From the NCBI RefSeq assembly GCF_009914755.1, contig NC_060929.1: a stretch of 64,000 nucleotides of DNA; one strand, given 5' to 3'. The position numbers and the translations under genes are program-made. Positions within the stretch are counted from its first letter, which is position 1; each line of letters opens with the position of its first letter. Shown one piece after another: positions 59,194-64,000 of this stretch. Source of the stretch: the human T2T-CHM13v2.0 reference genome, Homo sapiens. The notes beneath the pieces are model-generated. The model was not told where the DNA came from and did not search any database. It saw only the letters and a list, made by a program, of their open reading frames with translations.

Positions 59194-59983
59194 TGTGGAG
59201 GCTGAAGCAACTCCAACTTGAAAGCTAATCTGCTATGTTGGCTTCGATCAACCCCTGTTACAGTGAGGTTTCTAAGATTTCCAGTTATCTATTGTTCCTT
59301 GTGTAAGAGCAGGTAATTACCATAAATCCTGCACCTATGTCAAACAACCTTGATGTTATCATACTTGAATTGTCCTACACATGCCTTCTGAATGTGTAGG
59401 ACACATTCCTTCCCTGTGGTATATAAACCCCTAGGTCTGGTGGGCAATGCATGGGGATCTACCAGCTTGTCTTGCTGCTTCCCAAGACACAGACATGTCT
59501 TCTGTTCCTAAGTCCCTATTAAATGTCTTCCTTTCCTTCCTTCTCTCTCTCTTTCTTTCTTTCTTTCCTTTCTTTCTTTCTTTTTTTTTTTCTTTTTGAG
59601 ACAGGGTCTTATTCTGTCACCCAGGCTGGAGTGCAGTGGCAGGTTAATGGCTCTCTGCAGCTGCGACCTCCCAGGCTCAGGTGACCCTCCCACCTCAGCC
59701 TCCTGAGTAGCTAGGACCACAGGCATGCACAAGGATCCCCAGCTAATTTTTTGTATTTTTGTAGAGACAGGGTTTTGCCATGTTTCCCAGGTTGGTCTTG
59801 AACTCCTGGGCTTGGGTGATCCGCTCAGCTCTGCCTTCCAAAGTGCTAGGATGGCAGGCATGACCCACTGCACCTAGACAAATGCTTCTTTCTGAGAAAC
59901 TGTATTTGTCAGCCCCTTTCTTTGGTCTCTCAGCTTCCTCACACTTTACAGTAGGTTTGCATAGACCTGCCCACCACAAAACA
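59194..59983 (+). mobile_element. Solo LTR (LTR47-like) inserted in the ERVL remnant
   Basis: Begins TGTGGAGGCTGAAGCAACTCC, TATATAAA box near 59420, ends CA; split by an Alu. Confidence 0.6.
59530..59878 (-). mobile_element. AluJ-like element with CT-rich expanded tail
   Basis: gagacagggtcttattctgtcacccaggctggagtgcagtgg...; flanks aaatgtcttc / aaatgcttct. Confidence 0.9.
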
Positions 59984-61809
59984 GTGAAGAAGGGCTGGAA
60001 TATCAGGGGTTCAGCATTAGTCTGTCTTGTGCATAGGAAATGCACTCAGCAGTAGACAGACCAACTTATGCACTTTTTTTAAAAAAGGCTATGCATTACC
60101 TTCATCATTGCCACCATACCTATTTTGTATATGGACATTTCATGCAAGCACCAGGGTGTCTAGGGAAAGAGGCCTACTGATATCTACAAAATGTGTCATC
60201 TTGTCCACTTGATTATTGGAAGCTTCCTATGCAGAGGATGCCCTTTGGTGACACTCAGATGGAACACAAATACCCTCAACACTGATCCATTCTGAGAGTC
60301 ACTGCTCTCAATTTATGCAATGATAAAAATTCACATATATTGTCTGCTTTAAAAAGCCCAGCATCAGAATTAGCCAAATGGATGAAGTCCAGGGGAGCTC
60401 TTGTCTGTGTATAGATGCAGTAGCTTTAAGCATTACTTCAGTTTTTAATTAATCCATGGTACTGCATATGCAATGTTCATGGGTTTCATTGATTGTTATC
60501 AGAATGGAGGAAGGTAGGATAACCATATTATATCAGAGACCTCAACCTCTCACATGTATAAAAGCCTTGACAGGAGCTATTAGAAAATGAATAGGACTTT
60601 ATAACTTTAAAGGTATCTCAAATCTGCTAACATGCCCAACTTCCTCCTCTGACAGCTGACTAGTGTGATGATATATTTCTCCATCCTTGCTGTAATGCTG
60701 AGGACCCATGCAGTAAGCAACCACTTCCTACCTTGACTCTACCCTTCTCCTACGCCAGCAAAAGTACCATATCCCAGTACTACCATTCGATGAAGAGTCA
60801 TACACTTCTAATGGGAAACAATAATTTAGCAGTACTTAAAAATCATTCAAATGTTTGAATTTCTTATTCTTCCCTAATGCTTGCAAAGATTTTGATATTT
60901 TCTACATAGTTATGATATTAGAGAAGCAAGTCACCTGATAGAATGGTAAAATAATTTACTGACAACTCCATTATGTTTCTGAGGAAGTCTTTACCTTAAA
61001 AGGAAATCAAAATTGTCCTTCCACATATGTGTTAGGCAAGCAGATCTCTAAGAACAAGTTAAGAAATAATCTTATCTCACAATTTACATTTATTTGATCT
61101 CATTTGGTCATTCCAAAAAAATTATCTCATTGAATTCTCCAATTACTTCAGAGAAGTGAAGTAGTTTGAAGGTGGTTTGGCCAAGATGTCTATCTAGTTA
61201 TTGGTAGACAGACTTTCTGACTCCAAAGCCCATTCCACTTAAGGAAACTGGTACAGTATCATTAATAATAAACAAGACTATTTTTGAACATCATATAAAC
61301 ACTGGAGTATCCCATCTGGGGTTATTTAGTACTGGCAGGCTCTTCTTCTTCTCACTGGGGTAAGGTCTGTACTTGCACAGATAAATAAAATGTCCTATTA
61401 ATTTTCTCATTAACTGGAGAACCCTTTTGCTGACACGTTACCTTCATAGAAAAGACTGTGAAAAATTCGCATCCAATTGCCTTCTAGACCTGTTCGTTTT
61501 GGAAGTGTATCAAAGAGCCTGGCTAATGGAGAGCAAGACTCATTAATTACTGGCTTTGATCTCCTATAGTGCCCAACACTCCTTACTATATTCAGGAATA
61601 TTGAATTCTTTGGAAAATGACTTCCTGAGACCTATTCTTCACATTACTTCCAATGGAAAAAAATTGCAGCCAGCCAGAAATGGATTATTTGGCTACAGTC
61701 TGCTCAGTTTTCAAGAAGGTAATTGAAACTTCAGGATCCTTAACTTAGGGAAAGTGTTGGCAAGTCTGTCACCCACATCTGTGATAGCCCTTTATTTTCC
61801 TTTCTAACT

Positions 61810-62142
61810 TTTCTTCTTGAAGTTTAATTTACAAATATCACAATGTAATATTAAGTGTTCAGGTCAACAAAATTTGACAATGGTAAATATTCATGAAACT
61901 ATCAAAGCATTTCCATCACCCCAGTATGTTCTCTTTTGCCCCTTTCTGGTCAGTTCCCCTACCCTCCACATACTCACCTCAGAAACAACCACTGCGTGGA
62001 TTTTTTTAACTGCAGATTACTGTTGGCTGTTCTTGGACTTCATGTACATAACATTATATGGTGTGTAGTTTTTTTGTGTCTAGCTTTTTTCATTCAACAT
62101 AATGTTTTCAGGTTCATCTATGTTGTTGTGTGTATTAGTAGT
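61810..62142 (-). mobile_element. L1M 3' fragment
   Basis: catttccatcacccca...ttttttcattcaacataatgttttcaggttcatctatgttgttgtg. Confidence 0.7.
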
Positions 62143-62184
62143 TGTATTAGTTTGTTCTCATATTGCTATAAAGAAATACCTTAG

Positions 62185-62389
62185 GGCCGGGCGCGGTGGC
62201 TCACGCCTGTAATACCAGCACTTTGGGAAGCCGAGGCGGGCGGATCACGAGGTCGGGAGATCGAGACCATCCTGGCTAACACGGTGAAACCCTGTCTCTA
62301 CTAAAAATACAAAAAATTAGCTGGGCGTGGTGGCTGGCACCTGTAGTCCCAGCTACTTGGGAGGCTGAAGCAGGAGAATGGCATGAACC
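62185..62389 (+). mobile_element. AluY lacking its 3' end
   Basis: CpG-rich with AluY diagnostics (gatcgagaccatcctggctaacacggtg, gagaatggc). Stops at gaacc with no tail. Confidence 0.9.
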
Positions 62390-62727
62390 ACAGCTGCTCA
62401 TCAGGTTACCTGGCAAGTGACACTGTGGGTGGGGGGAGTTGTCCCTGGAATAGCTTGCCTGATGGTGTGCTTACAGGCTATCATGCATCAAAGTATTTCC
62501 TACATGCCACCAGAAACTGAGAGAAAGAATATTTCAAAAGCTTGGAACTACAAGCACATACTTCAGACAATTAATTTTATCTTTGTATTCCTTTGTAATG
62601 CCTTACATCTTTTATTAGCCTTTCTCTACAAATCATGTTGTGTAATTCTTAAGTCATCAGTAGTAATGACATTTATCTTCCTTTTGTAGGTTTAGACCTG
62701 CAAGTTTCAAACTGTAGGTTTTACGTC

Positions 62728-63030
62728 CTTTGCTTTCCCTTTCTTTCCTTCTTCCCTTTTTATGTCACCCTTTTTCTTTCTCTCTTTCCCTTCCTTCCTT
62801 CCTCCTTTCTTTCCTTCTTTCTCTTTCGTTTTCTTTCTTTCTTTTTCATTTCTTCCTCTCTTCTCTATTTTCTTCCTCTCTTTCTCCCATTATTTTCATT
62901 CTTTCTTTCCTTCCTTTCTTTTTCTTTTCTTTTCTTTTCCTTCCTTCCTTCTTTCTTTCCTTCCTTCCTTCCTTCTCTTTCTCTTTCTCTCCTCCTTCTC
63001 TTTATTTCTGTTGGCTTTCCTTGCTGCTCT
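62728..63030 (+). repeat. CT-rich low-complexity tract
   Basis: About 300 bp almost entirely pyrimidine (ttcc/ttct/ctt units). Confidence 0.9.
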
Positions 63031-64000
63031 TTCTACATGGTTGATTTTTAAATGTTTTAAGGTGGTTTGATGGGATAAGTAAGTATAGCAAAATAGTATT
63101 TATGAAAATAGGTGAAAAAGAAAAATGGAAATCATGAGTGGAAAGATAAGCTGTAACTAGGAATGGGGCTGTTACAATACTGCACATCACAGAGACTTCC
63201 TGGCTAAAGACGAGCTCCAAACTTAGTTCTAAGCCATCTTGCAGTTAACATAAAAAGGGAAAACTGATCAGTCACCATATCCCCAGCTCTTGAGCACATT
63301 GCTGATTTTAACAAAATTGGGATTCCATTAATAAGAAATAAAAGGAGAAAGTTTATTGGGTAAAAAACTAGTGGCTTCTACCACATTCTACCCCTTTGGC
63401 TTTGTAATATTCATACACACTCTTCCTCTCATAAATAGACTACCTTCTCCAGCTTCTCCCTGAGAAATACCACACCATTGTCTCATCCAGTTATTTCATT
63501 CACTTCAAAGATAGGATCTTTTGTAATGTGCTTTCTGATTTTCATCAGGTCTCGAAGTGGCTCCTCATTATCTGTCGAGCAATAAGGTTAAAGGGAGGTT
63601 ATAAGTCTTTGTTTGAAAAAAGGAAGAACAAGAAACATAGCAGGCACTGGCCCACATTAGCACATATCAACCAATTATTGCCAGGCAGGAACAATAAGGA
63701 CTCCCTACTCTAGCAGTGAAATAAATTTCTTGGCTAGCCAAATTTGCTAGGGTCCTGTTGTTTATTACTCTCTGTGGCCACTCAAAAAGAGACGCGGAGA
63801 GGATAACCTTTCAGGACTGCACAGCTTCCACAACTCATTTCTGTGGGTGAAATGTGGGGGCTCCGTTATTTCTTTATTAATTGATTAATCATTTGATGTT
63901 GGATATTTCTTTTTTTGGGGGGTAAAACAATTTTATTATTTTAATTTTATGCTTCAAATTCATGTTATGTACATTAAGTATCATATAAACTTGTCTTTAG

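Larger units (their letters stand above)
58480..60300 (-). mobile_element. ERVL internal (pol/integrase region) remnant, interrupted by an LTR and an Alu
   Basis: ORF 58552..58809 ILQRAVYALNQQPILDAVSP...PFTITFNHPLSKFL...GGMLLPG resembles the ERVL integrase C-terminal region (recalled LQKAVYALNQRPIYGTVSP). Confidence 0.7.

Noticed and set aside
62730-63070. Two ~100-aa F/L/S-rich ORFs resembling membrane proteins
   Set aside because: They are translations of a CT-rich low-complexity tract that cannot readily form stop codons.

Overview
Human (or very close primate) genomic DNA containing the complete WDR36 (UTP21 orthologue) gene on the + strand. I read 23 GT-AG coding exons from 2923 to 37521; they splice to 2856 nt = 951 aa plus stop, or 895 aa from the better-context second ATG at 3091. 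The gene has a CpG-rich promoter and a long 3' UTR ending near 41140. Upstream is the 5' end of a young minus-strand L1PA2/3-type LINE-1 whose antisense promoter and ORF0 point into WDR36. The remaining ~23 kb is intergenic and repeat-rich: two solo LTRs, a human-specific L1-Ta insertion with an apparent 3' transduction and perfect 19-bp TSD, an L1PB-like element with nested Alus, an old 5'-inverted L1, ERVL remnants and an abruptly cut AluY. No second protein-coding gene, tRNA, rRNA or CRISPR array is supported. I see no wholly new biological system. The best leads are retrotransposon-derived (L1-Ta transduction, a possible in-frame ORF0-WDR36 splice fusion), a non-repeat ~180-bp duplication in the 3' UTR and several unusual splice-site architectures. 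Repeat family names come from recalled consensus sequences and need RepeatMasker/Dfam confirmation.
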